From the NCBI GenBank assembly GCA_963750845.1, contig CAVVSP010000010.1:32932-96931 (forward strand): DNA of 64,000 nt, given 5' to 3'. Made by a program: the position numbers and the translations under genes. The notes beneath the pieces were generated by a model. The model had not been told where the DNA came from. It made no database searches and worked only from the letters and a program-made list of their open reading frames with translations. Of the stretch, positions 10,607-21,500 are shown one piece after another. The DNA is from an uncultured Acidobacteriaceae bacterium. Its GTDB lineage: Bacteria > Acidobacteriota > Terriglobia > Terriglobales > Acidobacteriaceae. How positions within the stretch are numbered: the first letter of the stretch is position 1; each line of letters begins with the position of its first letter.

Positions 10607-13600
10607 ATGGCATTGCGAAGTGACGAAGCATCGAACGCATTTCTGGAGCGCATCCAGAGCCTCTCCCCGAAGCGGCTGGCGCTGTTGGCGGCAGAACTGG
10701 AACGTCGCCTGGCGGCGCGGGAGAACAGTGTCCCCGAGCCGATTGCGGTCATCGGTATGGCCTGCCGGATGCCCGGAGGCGCGACCACTCCGGAGGAATT
10801 TTGGCGGGTTCTGGAGAGCGGCAAGGATACGGCTGCGAAGGTTCCGATCGAACGATGGGACGCCGATGCATTCTACGACCCGCAGTTGGATACGCCAGGC
10901 AAATCGATCACGACGAACGCGAGCATGCTTCGCGGCATCGATCTGTTTGACGCTGCCTTCTTCGGAATTTCACCTCGCGAGGCTACGGGGATCGATCCAC
11001 AGCAGCGAATGCTGCTCGAGGTTACGTGGGAGGCACTTGAAAACGCGGGCGAACGAGGAGAAGCCATTGAAGAGAGTGCGACCGGGATTTATGTGGGTGT
11101 CAGCTCCAGTGACTTTCAGCATCTGGTGCTGCAGGCCGATGAACGTACCCTGAACGCCTATGCCGGCTCCGGGATCGCGAACTCGATGCTATCCGGCAGG
11201 CTTTCGCACTACCTGGGTGTGACGGGTCCAAACCTTACCGTCGACACGGCATGTTCAGCTTCGGCGGTAGCCATTCATCTCGCCTGCCAAAGTCTGCGCA
11301 CGAACGAGTGCAACCGGGCACTGGCTGGCGGCGTAAATCTATTCCTGCTCGCGGAGGGCCTGATCCTTCTCTCACAAGCGCACATGCTCGCTCCCGATGG
11401 GCGATGCAAAGCCTTCTCTCGCCAGGCGGACGGTTTCGGCCGAGCGGAAGGGTGCGGAATGCTGGTGCTGAAACGGCTTTCGGATGCTCGTGCGGATGGC
11501 GACCGTATTCTCGGGCTGATTCGCGGCACGGCTATCAATCATGACGGAAAGAGCAGTGGATTGACGGCTCCGAACGGGCCGGCGCAGGAAGCGGTGATTC
11601 AGACCGCGCTGTCACAAGCGAGATTGAAACCCGGACAAGTTGATTATGTGGAAGCACACGGAACAGGCACGGTCCTTGGCGACGCTATCGAACTGGGCGC
11701 GTTGGGGCATGTCTTCGGCAAGGAACACGATGCGGCGAACCCTCTCTTGCTGGGCTCGGTGAAGACAAATGTCGGCCATCTGGAAGCTGCCGCAGGAGTG
11801 ACCGGCGTGATGAAAGTCTTGCTGGCTTTCCAGCATGAGTCGCTCCCCCCCCATTTGCATCTTTCCGCGGACAATCAGAACGAAGCCTTACTGGGATTGC
11901 CATTCGAGATTCCGATAACTTCTAAACGCTGGTCGCGCTCGCAGCGTCCACGCGTGGCAGGTGTCAACTCTTTCGGATTCAGCGGCACGAACTGCCATCT
12001 GGTTCTTGAAGAGCCGCCACTGGTGGAACAGGCAGAAAGCGGACCGGCGTTTGCCGTGGAGCTGATCACCGTTTCGGCCAAGACGCCAACAGCACTGACC
12101 GCGCTTTGTGGACGATATGCACGTTTTCTGAGAGATAACCCGGCGGTTTCTCTGGGCGACTTCGGATATACGGCGAACGCCTGCCGCACAACCTTTCAGC
12201 ATCGCGTAGCTGTGATTGCACGCTCTGTCGAAGATGCAGCAGCCCAGTTTGAACAGATCAGTTCCGGGAAAGTGGAGCAGTCGTCGAGCTATCGCTTCGC
12301 GGCGGGCTATAAAGCTCCTCCCCTGGCGTTCTTATTTACCGGGCAGGGTTCGCAGTATTCGGGGATGGGTCGAACTTTCTATGAGCGAAATGCAGCCTTC
12401 CGGTCCGCAATGGACAGGTGCGATCGGGCGCTCACCGGTAGAAAGCATCGACTCTCGGCTGTCGTCTTCGGCGATCCTGCTGTTCCGCGCGAGTCAATCG
12501 ACGATACGACCTGGACGCAGCCAGCGCTCTTCGCCTTTGAATACTCCCTGGCAATGATGTGGCAGTCGTGGGGCGTGCGTCCCTCGATGGTCCTGGGTCA
12601 CAGCCTGGGAGAATATGTGGCTGCATGCATCGCAGGCATCCTGACCCTTGAAGAAGCTTTGACTCTCGCTGCCGAGCGCGGACGCCTGATGGGTGAGCTA
12701 CCTCGGAGTGGAAGCATGCTCGCAGTGCGTGCAGGTGAAGACGCGATCATGGCAGTCGTAGGAGCACTGCCTGCAACGGTCTCAATTGCAGCGATGAATG
12801 GGCCCGAAGCCATTGTTCTTTCCGGCAAAACGGACGATGTAACAAAACTGCACGATCTTCTTATGGCGAAAGGCATCCGCTCGCAGCCACTGACTGTATC
12901 GCATGCATTCCACTCTCCGCTGATGGAGCCGATGCTGGATGAATTTGAGGGGCAGGCAGCGAAGCTGACGTATCGGCCTCCCGAGGTCGATTTTGCGTCG
13001 AATGTGACGGGCCAGATGCTTACTCCTGGTGAACCGATCGACGCTGGTTATTGGCGAAAGCACGTTCGCGGGACAGTGAAATTCGCTCAGGGAATGAAGG
13101 CGTTGCTGGAGCAGAAGCCCGGTGTCGTGATCGAGATAGGGCCCAATCCGATCCTGCTTGGCATGGCGAAGGCGGCGCATCCAGAGCTGACGCTGCCGTG
13201 TGTCCCAACGCTGCGTCGTGGTAAGGACGAGTGGCAGTGCGCCTTCGAGGCTTTGCAGCAGATATACCTGGCTGGAGCACCGATTGAATGGAGCGGTGTT
13301 TACCGTGATCGGTTGAAGCAAAAGCTCGTTCTGCCGACATATCCATTTCAGCGCGAGCGTTATTGGGCGGCGGTGACACCGAAGGCTGCAAGAACGGCTG
13401 TCGCTTCTGAGTCTGCAGAAAGCACGGTTGAACGGATTGAGCCGCGCCTTTATCGAGTGGAGTGGACCACGGCTGATCCGAGCCGCGTGAAGACAGAGAA
13501 GACACGGTCAGTCGTCCTGGTGGGTGATGCTCTAGAGAAGATTGAGGTAGGGAAGGCACTTCGCGACGCGGGCCTTGTGGTGCAGGATCTGCCAGTTGCC

Positions 13601-15226
13601 GGATCGTTCTTTTCGGGAAGCACCTCAAGTGATCTAATTCGAGACCGCGAATTCCTCAAGGAATACCTGCGCGGAATCGATACGCCACAGGTAGTTCTAC
13701 TGTTGGCGAGTCGTCCTGAGACGGAGAATCTTCCAGAGGCGGTGCTGCAGAGCGCGACTACCGTTCTGGCGGCAGTGCAGGAAGCCCAGGACAGCAACGC
13801 GGAAGAGCCGGAGCTCTGGCTGATCACGCGCGGAGCTTTTGCCTGCTCGCCGGCCGATCGTATAGCGCTCACCGCCAGCGTGGCGGGCGCCATCGCGAAG
13901 GTATCGCGTGTCGAGAACCCAGGCGTGCATATTTACCAGGCGGATTTGTCCCTCGAACCGACAATCGACGATCTCTCACAACTCGCCAATTTGTTGTGCA
14001 AGGGAACAGTGGAACATACGGTCGCGCTTCGCGAGGGGACGGTTCGTGTTCCGAGGTTGGTGAATGATGACGGACAACAGACAGGACGACTCAAGATCGA
14101 AGCCGGTGCCGCTTACCTGGTAACGGGAGCGTTCAAAGGTTTGGGCCTGCGCACGGCACAATGGCTGGCGGAACGCGGGGCGAGAGAACTCTATCTCGTC
14201 GGACGCAGCGAGCCCTCTGCCGTAACGCGGGAAGAGCTGGATCGTCTCGAACGAGCGGGCGTACGAGTGCATGCAGTTATCGCTGATATCTCAAAAAAGG
14301 AAGAATTCGCTCGTCTTTCAACCCAAATCGTCGAGAATGGTTCCGAGCTGCGCGGTATCCTGCATGCTGCCGGCACACTCGATGACGGTATTCTGATGCA
14401 GCAGACGCCGGAGCGCTTTGCGACGGTCTTTGCTCCCAAGGTTTCAGGTGGATGGTTCCTGCACGAGTTCTCGCTTCAGTATCGGCTGGATTTCTTCGTG
14501 CTATTCAGCTCGGCTGCCGCACTACTTGGCTCGGCGGGACAATCCAACTACGCAGCAGCGAATGCGTTTCTCGATGCACTGGCCGAGTTGCGGCATCAGC
14601 AGGGCTTGCCCGCAACTGCTGTCTCCTGGGGCGCTTGGTCGGAGATTGGAATGGCCACGCGCGGACTTGCCGCTCGCCGCAGCGTCGGCAACGGCATTGG
14701 CAGCATCTCGCCGGAAGAGGGCATGGCGTTGCAGGAGCGAGCCATCCTGAGCGGACTCCCCACGGTTGGGGCGTTGGCCTTCGATTGGAAAAAGCTCTTC
14801 TCGCTGCGAACCGTGCACCATGACTGGCCGCTTCTGCAGAAACTGGCGGCGAATGCCGGTGCGTCGCCCAGTGTTGAGCGTGCTGTCTCTCTGGCCTCGG
14901 TCGTGGAGCAAGCACCCGCCGATGGCCGACTGCATGCGATCAAGGAGTATTTGAGCGCGCGGATCGCGTCAGTTCTGATGCTGCCATCGAGCTACGTTCT
15001 GCACGAAGATCAGCCGTTTGCCGAACTTGGACTTGACTCACTGATGGCGCTTGAGTTGAAAAATGAACTGCAATCATCGGCAGGGGCAGCTCTTCCGCCA
15101 ACATTTCTATTTGAATACCCAAATCTAGGTCTTGCGGCGACTTTTCTGGATGCATTGATGGCGGGAGCCCGCAGGACCGGATCGGCGGAAGTCCACGCTA
15201 CGGGCTATGAGGAGATTGTGCTGTGA
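10607..15226 (+). CDS. Type I PKS module KS-AT(malonyl)-KR-ACP
   Basis: GGAGG RBS. KS DTACSAS, HGTGT, VGHLE; AT FTGQGSQ, GHSLG, HAFH (malonyl-type); KR TGAFKGLG (slightly atypical Rossmann loop), TLDD, YAAAN; ACP LGLDSL. Ends GYEEIVL. Confidence 0.95.
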   Translation: MALRSDEASNAFLERIQSLSPKRLALLAAELERRLAARENSVPEPIAVIGMACRMPGGATTPEEFWRVLESGKDTAAKVPIERWDADAFYDPQLDTPGKSITTNASMLRGIDLFDAAFFGISPREATGIDPQQRMLLEVTWEALENAGERGEAIEESATGIYVGVSSSDFQHLVLQADERTLNAYAGSGIANSMLSGRLSHYLGVTGPNLTVDTACSASAVAIHLACQSLRTNECNRALAGGVNLFLLAEGLILLSQAHMLAPDGRCKAFSRQADGFGRAEGCGMLVLKRLSDARADGDRILGLIRGTAINHDGKSSGLTAPNGPAQEAVIQTALSQARLKPGQVDYVEAHGTGTVLGDAIELGALGHVFGKEHDAANPLLLGSVKTNVGHLEAAAGVTGVMKVLLAFQHESLPPHLHLSADNQNEALLGLPFEIPITSKRWSRSQRPRVAGVNSFGFSGTNCHLVLEEPPLVEQAESGPAFAVELITVSAKTPTALTALCGRYARFLRDNPAVSLGDFGYTANACRTTFQHRVAVIARSVEDAAAQFEQISSGKVEQSSSYRFAAGYKAPPLAFLFTGQGSQYSGMGRTFYERNAAFRSAMDRCDRALTGRKHRLSAVVFGDPAVPRESIDDTTWTQPALFAFEYSLAMMWQSWGVRPSMVLGHSLGEYVAACIAGILTLEEALTLAAERGRLMGELPRSGSMLAVRAGEDAIMAVVGALPATVSIAAMNGPEAIVLSGKTDDVTKLHDLLMAKGIRSQPLTVSHAFHSPLMEPMLDEFEGQAAKLTYRPPEVDFASNVTGQMLTPGEPIDAGYWRKHVRGTVKFAQGMKALLEQKPGVVIEIGPNPILLGMAKAAHPELTLPCVPTLRRGKDEWQCAFEALQQIYLAGAPIEWSGVYRDRLKQKLVLPTYPFQRERYWAAVTPKAARTAVASESAESTVERIEPRLYRVEWTTADPSRVKTEKTRSVVLVGDALEKIEVGKALRDAGLVVQDLPVAGSFFSGSTSSDLIRDREFLKEYLRGIDTPQVVLLLASRPETENLPEAVLQSATTVLAAVQEAQDSNAEEPELWLITRGAFACSPADRIALTASVAGAIAKVSRVENPGVHIYQADLSLEPTIDDLSQLANLLCKGTVEHTVALREGTVRVPRLVNDDGQQTGRLKIEAGAAYLVTGAFKGLGLRTAQWLAERGARELYLVGRSEPSAVTREELDRLERAGVRVHAVIADISKKEEFARLSTQIVENGSELRGILHAAGTLDDGILMQQTPERFATVFAPKVSGGWFLHEFSLQYRLDFFVLFSSAAALLGSAGQSNYAAANAFLDALAELRHQQGLPATAVSWGAWSEIGMATRGLAARRSVGNGIGSISPEEGMALQERAILSGLPTVGALAFDWKKLFSLRTVHHDWPLLQKLAANAGASPSVERAVSLASVVEQAPADGRLHAIKEYLSARIASVLMLPSSYVLHEDQPFAELGLDSLMALELKNELQSSAGAALPPTFLFEYPNLGLAATFLDALMAGARRTGSAEVHATGYEEIVL

Positions 15227-18200
15227 AGCCGTTGATTCAATTTCTATCTGATCTTCGCGCCAAGGACGTCTTACTCAGCGTCGACGGCGATAAGTTGACC
15301 TGCAATGCGCCAATGCATGCAATTACTCCGGAAATCCGACAGGAATTGAGCGATCGCAAAGAAGAGATACTTAGCTTTTTACGAAGTACACAAGGTTGGA
15401 AGGCCGCGGAGACAGGGCCAAGCTCCTCGCGTGATTTGCCGCTCTCGCGCTCCCAACAACGGATCTGGTTTCTGGACCAGCTCGATCCTGGAAATCCGGC
15501 TTATAACATTGTGATCCCTCTCTGGCTCACCGGCAGTCTGGACCGTGATGCCATGGAGCGTGCTCTTCGCGCCGTGATCGGGCGTCACGAAGCTCTTCGG
15601 ACTGGTTTTTCGCAGCGCGGCGGCCGGCCTTTTGCATGGATCACCGGCCAGAAGTCGTGGCAGATGGAGGTCACCGACCTGCGGCATCTGACGGAACCGG
15701 AAGCCGAAACAGAGGCGGCACAGCTTGCCTGGCATGCGGGTCGCTGGTCTTTCGACCTCGAAAAGCCTCCGCTCTTCCGCGCTACCCTCTATCAAGTCAC
15801 CTCTGAGCGATATCTGCTTTGTCTGGTGGTTCAGCACATCGTTGCCGATGGCTGGTCTCTCGGCATCCTTTCTCGCGAGATGTCCGAACTTTATTGCGCA
15901 TTTGCGACTGGCGCATCTTCGCCTTTGCCCGATCCGAGCTTTCAGTATCGTGACTACGTGCGCTGGGAGCAGGAAGAAGGGCAGAGGCTGGCGGAGCAGC
16001 AGCTACCGTACTGGCTGAAGAAGTTACATGGAGACCTGCCGAGTCTGGAGATTCCGCCTGACCGGACTCGTCCGATCCTGCAGAGTCTCGACGGTGGGCG
16101 ACATATTGTCGATATCGACGGCGATCTTGCGGACCAGCTTCGCGTACTCAGCCGGCAGATGGGCGCAACACTTTTTACCGTGTTGCTAGCCGCATTCAAG
16201 GTCCTGATGTACCGCTATACCGGCACCAGAGACGTCATTGTCGGAAGCAACACGGCGAATCGTCCGAGACAAGAGTTCTCCACACAGATCGGCTTTTTCG
16301 TAAATAACATAATTTTGCGCAGCGATCTGAGCGGCAACCCCACCTTCGCCGAGTTGGTTGCGCGCGTGAAGGAGACGACCGGATCTGCTTACGCGAACCA
16401 GAATGTACCCTTCGACTTGTTGGTTGAGAAGCTGCATCCTGAGCGCGCCACGGGCCATCGCAGCACGTTGGCTCAGGTGATGTTTACGCTGGAAAATCTG
16501 CCGCTACCGGATTTGGATCTTCCCGGGCTAAAATCCCGGCCCGACCATTTCGATTTTGGAGTGGCCGGAGCTGATCTTGCGGTATTGCTCTGGCCCGTTG
16601 GCAATGGGTATCGATGTGAGTTCGAGTACAGCAAGGATTTGTTTGACGAAACCACAGTCCGACAGTTGCAGGAACATTATCTGCGATTGCTGAAAGAGGT
16701 GGTGGCAAATCCGGGCGCCCCAATCGAAACGTATCCGCTGCTGAGCGATAACGAACGTGCGCAGCTTGTAACCGAGTGGAACCAAACCGCTCATCCGGGG
16801 CCGGGCTATCCGACTGTAGCAGATTGGTTCCGCGCGCAGGTGGCGCTGCGGCCAAATGCGATTGCGGTGGAGATGGGCGACCGGCAACTTAGCTACGCGA
16901 AACTGGACGCTTTGTCTGACCGTATGGCGAGTGCATTGCAGCAACGCGGCGTCGGACGAGAGATAGTGGTGGGTCTCTATGTGGCGCGCAGTGTAGAGAT
17001 GATGATCTGCCTGCTGGGGATTCTGAAGGCGGGAGGAGCATATCTGCCTTTGGATCCGGCGTTCCCGGCGCAGCGAATTGAATACCTGATCCGAGACTCG
17101 GCCGTGGGTCTGATCGTAACCGAGAAGAGCCTCGAGACTTCGTTGCCCGAGAGCGGCGCAGAGGTGCTCCTGATGGAGCAAGCGCTGGCGTCCGAAACTG
17201 AAAAAGCGGCAGTAGAGCCCGCACGGGCAGAGGATTTGGCCTATCTCATCTATACGTCAGGTTCGACGGGGCAGCCTAAGGGAACTGAGATCACGCACGG
17301 ATCGCTAGTGAACTTGTTGGATTCGATGCTGCGGGAACCGGGACTGAGCCACGGGGACACTCTGGTCGCGGTCACGACATTGTCATTCGACATCGCGGGT
17401 CTGGAGTTGTTTGGTCCACTGGTAAGTGGCGCGAGGCTGGTTCTGGCGTCGCGAGAGCAAACGCTGGATCCGGTCGATCTAGCGGAGTTACTGGAACGCA
17501 GCGGCGCCACGGTGCTTCAGGCTACTCCGTCGACATGGCGAATGCTGATGGAATCCGGTTGGCTCGGGAAGCGCGACCTGCGGATGTGGTGCGGGGGCGA
17601 GGCGCTATCGGCGGAGCTGGCGGATAATCTGCTAACACGTGGGCGGGAGCTTTGGAACCTGTATGGTCCGACAGAAACCACGATCTGGTCGGCGGCGCAC
17701 CGGGTGAGCAGCGGCGAAAACCCTGTTCTTATCGGCCGTCCTATTGCGAATACACGGATGTATATCCTCGACAACCATGGCGATCCAGTGCCGACGGGCG
17801 TGAACGGAGAACTCTACATCGCCGGACATGGCGTGGCCCGAGGTTACCGGAACCGCGCTGAGCTGACGGCAGAACGATTTCTGCCAGAGCGATTTATGGA
17901 CGACGAGCGCATGTATCGGACGGGAGATATGGCGCGGTACCGTCGAGATGGGCAGATTCAACTTCTGGGGCGGACCGATCAGCAGGTCAAACTGCGCGGC
18001 CATCGCATCGAGCTTGGAGAAATTGAGGCGGCACTGGAACGCCATGCAGCCGTACAGCAGGCAGTCATTTCAGTGCGGGGACAGGATGCGGATCGGCGTC
18101 TGGTGGCGTATGTTCGGCTGGACACCGCGAGTGTGCAGAGCGACGATTTGCGGGCATGGCTACAGGAGCGGCTTCCGGAATATATGGTGCCGGGTGTGTA

Positions 18201-18564
18201 TGTTGTGATGGAAGAATTTCCTCTCACGCCGAATGGGAAGGTGGACCGTAATCGTTTGCCCTCGCCGGAAGCGCGTCCACAAGAGCACCATGCACCGGCT
18301 CTGGCGCCACGCAACCGAACCGAACAGCGCGTGGCGGCCATCTGGTCCGAACTGCTCGAGCACGAAGCAGTCGGCGTGCGCGAGAACTTCTTCGATCTGG
18401 GCGGCCATTCTCTGCTCTTGGTTCGCGTGCACGCCCGCCTGCGCGATGCATTCGCTGCCGATATCTCCGTCACCGATCTTTTCCGCTTCACCACCGTCGA
18501 ATCGCTTGCTGCCCATCTGAATCGCCAGGAAGCGCCGGTAATTGTGGAGGGAGTTCCTTCCTGA
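15223..18564 (+). CDS. NRPS module: beta-hairpin (TubC_N-like) docking domain, C, A (probably Gly), PCP
   Basis: N-terminus FLSDLRAKDVLLSVDGDKLTCNAP; C domain LSRSQQRIWFL and QHIVADG; A domain YTSGSTGQPKG, NLYGPTETTIW, YRTGD, NGKVDR. Specificity code read by eye DILQWGLIWK versus canonical Gly DILQLGLIWK. PCP FFDLGGHSL. Confidence 0.95.
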   Translation: MKPLIQFLSDLRAKDVLLSVDGDKLTCNAPMHAITPEIRQELSDRKEEILSFLRSTQGWKAAETGPSSSRDLPLSRSQQRIWFLDQLDPGNPAYNIVIPLWLTGSLDRDAMERALRAVIGRHEALRTGFSQRGGRPFAWITGQKSWQMEVTDLRHLTEPEAETEAAQLAWHAGRWSFDLEKPPLFRATLYQVTSERYLLCLVVQHIVADGWSLGILSREMSELYCAFATGASSPLPDPSFQYRDYVRWEQEEGQRLAEQQLPYWLKKLHGDLPSLEIPPDRTRPILQSLDGGRHIVDIDGDLADQLRVLSRQMGATLFTVLLAAFKVLMYRYTGTRDVIVGSNTANRPRQEFSTQIGFFVNNIILRSDLSGNPTFAELVARVKETTGSAYANQNVPFDLLVEKLHPERATGHRSTLAQVMFTLENLPLPDLDLPGLKSRPDHFDFGVAGADLAVLLWPVGNGYRCEFEYSKDLFDETTVRQLQEHYLRLLKEVVANPGAPIETYPLLSDNERAQLVTEWNQTAHPGPGYPTVADWFRAQVALRPNAIAVEMGDRQLSYAKLDALSDRMASALQQRGVGREIVVGLYVARSVEMMICLLGILKAGGAYLPLDPAFPAQRIEYLIRDSAVGLIVTEKSLETSLPESGAEVLLMEQALASETEKAAVEPARAEDLAYLIYTSGSTGQPKGTEITHGSLVNLLDSMLREPGLSHGDTLVAVTTLSFDIAGLELFGPLVSGARLVLASREQTLDPVDLAELLERSGATVLQATPSTWRMLMESGWLGKRDLRMWCGGEALSAELADNLLTRGRELWNLYGPTETTIWSAAHRVSSGENPVLIGRPIANTRMYILDNHGDPVPTGVNGELYIAGHGVARGYRNRAELTAERFLPERFMDDERMYRTGDMARYRRDGQIQLLGRTDQQVKLRGHRIELGEIEAALERHAAVQQAVISVRGQDADRRLVAYVRLDTASVQSDDLRAWLQERLPEYMVPGVYVVMEEFPLTPNGKVDRNRLPSPEARPQEHHAPALAPRNRTEQRVAAIWSELLEHEAVGVRENFFDLGGHSLLLVRVHARLRDAFAADISVTDLFRFTTVESLAAHLNRQEAPVIVEGVPS

Positions 18565-21500
18565 TGACCATGCCAGGCTCCAACGCATCCAGGAATTCGT
18601 CCTCCTCTGCCAGGCCCGCGCCGTGGAACGACGGCATCGCAATCATCGGAATGAGTGCTCGTTTTCCGGGTGCGCGAAATGTCCGTGAGTTCTGGAAAAA
18701 ACTGGAAGCCGGCGAAAGCTTTGTCTCTGATTTGAGTGAGGACGAACTGCGGGCTGCTGGAGTAGACCCAGCCACGTTGCGCCGCAGCGAATATGTTCGT
18801 CGCGGAAGCATACTGGAAGACGCCGAGTACTTTGACGCAAAGTTTTTTGGCTTCAACCGCCGTGAAGCCGAAATCACCGATCCACAGCACAGGGTATTTC
18901 TGGAGACGGCGTGGCAGGCACTCGAGGACGCGGGCTACACCGGAGATGGTGCCCGCATCGGTGTGTATGCCGGCGTAAGCGTCAATTCCTATTTCTTTCA
19001 GTTGATGTCCCATCCGGATCTCGTCGAGAGTGTGGGCGGATATCAGTTGATGCTCGGCAACGACAAGGACTTTCTGGCGAGCCGTGTCGCCTACAAGCTG
19101 AACCTTCAGGGGCCTGCGGTCGTGGTGCAAACGGCATGCTCGACCTCACTCTCAGCAGTACACCTGGCCTGTCTCAGCATCTTTGCGAACGAGTGCGATA
19201 TGGCACTCGCCGGCGGTGTTTGCATCGGGTTTCCGCAAGGTACCGGCTATCCATATATGCCGGGCATGATCCTGTCTCCTGACGGATACTGCAGGCCGTT
19301 CGACAAAGACGCAAAGGGAACAGTGCCGGGCCGCGGCGCAGCGGTAGTCGTTCTGAAGCGTCTATCGCAAGCGCTGCAAGATGAAGATTCGATCTATGCA
19401 GTGATCCGTGGTTCTGCATGGAACAACGATGGTGCCGGAAAGATAGGCTATACGGCTCCTGGGGTTGCGGGGCAGGCCGCGGTCATTCGCGAAGCGCAGC
19501 GAGTCGCTGGCATAAGTGCGAACCGGATCGGCTATGTGGAAGCACATGGGACGGCGACGGAACTGGGTGACCCCATTGAGGTCACAGCGTTATCCGAGGT
19601 GTTTGCTGGCGGGAAGCCGGCTTCCTGCGTGCTTGGTGCACTGAAGGCCAACCTGGGCCATGCTGATGTCGCTGCCGGCGTGGCGGGATTGGTGAAGACG
19701 ACTTTGGCAATTCAGGCCGGAGTGATTCCTCCCACCCCGAATTTCCAGGAGGCTGCTCCGGCGCTTGGCCTCGACACCGGGCCCTTTGTGGTCAGTGCAT
19801 CCAGAAGAAATTGGCCGGACGGCGAAGAGCGATGGGCCGGAGTGAGTTCGTTCGGCATTGGAGGCACGAACATTCATGTTGTTCTGAGCAATGCTCCCGT
19901 GCGGCCCGCGCGTCCGAATACGGATCGAGCGCGGCTATTTCCGCTCTCGGCACGCACGGAAGGGGCACTGACGAATGTCCGCGAACAGTTGGCGAAGCAT
20001 CTCGAGCAAAGTCCAGAGATAGACCTTGCCGCGGTGGCGGCGACTCTGCAAATCGGGCGACGAGCCTTTGAGTCCCGCTCTGCCACGGTTGCGCAGAGCG
20101 CCGCAGAGTTGGTCACCAAACTCCGTCAGCCAATCGCCACCTCACCGGCGAGCGGCTTCGTCCGTTCAGATGTCGTCTTCCTCTTTCCAGGACAGGGTGC
20201 GCAGTTTGCCGGCATGGCGGCGGGTCTGTACCGCACCGATGCGTCGTTCCGAAGGGTCGTGGATCTCGGCGCGGAGATAGTTCGCGAGGAATTCGGACTC
20301 GATCTTCTGAAGATGATCGTCGACTCGGAATCGACCGGCGAATATGCCGAGATCATCAAGGAGACGCGCGTTACCCAGCCGCTTCTCTTTCTCGTTGAAT
20401 ATGCGCTGGCAACGCGCTGGCGCACGCTTGGCGTAGAACCGGGCGCCTTACTCGGGCACAGTCTCGGCGAACTCACTGCCGCGGCAGTCGCCGGCCTCTT
20501 TTCATTTGAAGATGGCTTGCGCCTGGCTGCCGAGCGTGGGCGACTGATGGGGCAGACCCCACCGGGAGTGATGCTTGCCGTGACCCTCGCGGCAGAGAGT
20601 CTAGCGCCCTATTTAGGACCGGAGTTGTGGCTTGCGGCCGAGAATGGTCCTAAACTCTCGGTCGTGTCCGGACTACCTGCCGCCGTTCAGATGCTCGAAG
20701 AGAAGCTTGCGAAGGATCGCATCTCCTTCGTTCGCCTGGCTTCCAAGAATGCCTTTCACAGCCCATTGATGGCGGATGCGGCGAAAGCCTTTCGCGAGAA
20801 AGTGGCAGCGGTCCCTCGGAAAGAACCTGCAATTCCGTGGCTCTCAAATGTCAGCGGCACCTGGGTCAATCCAACGGAAGCGCAGAATCCTCAGTACTGG
20901 GCGAATCAGATTCTGTCGCGTGTGCGATTTGCGAAGTGCCTTGCTTCTCTCAACGACCGTGCACGCTTTTTGCTCGAAGTCGGGCCAGGAGAGGTGTTGA
21001 TCGGAATGGCCCGCCACCAGACTGTCAAGAGTATAGGCGCGCCTTCGCTCGGGGCGGAGAATCGCAAGAAGAGCGACGACGTAATCTTTCTCGAAGCGGC
21101 TGCGCGATTGTGGCAGGCGGGAATCAATCTGGTCTGGCCAGAACTGCATCCAGGCGAGAAAGCGCAACGCGTGCCGCTGCCCACCTATCCTTTCGAACGC
21201 GAAAAATATTGGATTGGACCCGCGGGAAAATCTATAGAGACGAAACCAATAGAGAACGCGCAGCCACAACGTCAGTTCAATGCGATCACGACGGCAACGT
21301 TGAAGAAACGGCCGGAGATTTCCTCCTGGTTCTACATGCCGCAATGGCAGAGTATGCCGCCGTCGCCTGTTGATCCACTTCACACAACCGCAAAGGCGGT
21401 CGAGTCATGGCTCATCCTGCTGGATTCATCGGGGCTGGGGCAGTTGCTCACGGATCGTCTGGAACAGACAGGAGCCACGGTTGCATCGGTATCGCTCGCC

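Noticed and set aside
15830-15855. Inactive condensation domain because the motif is QHIVADG rather than HHxxxDG
   Set aside because: The catalytic second His and the Asp are retained; the first position varies in active domains.
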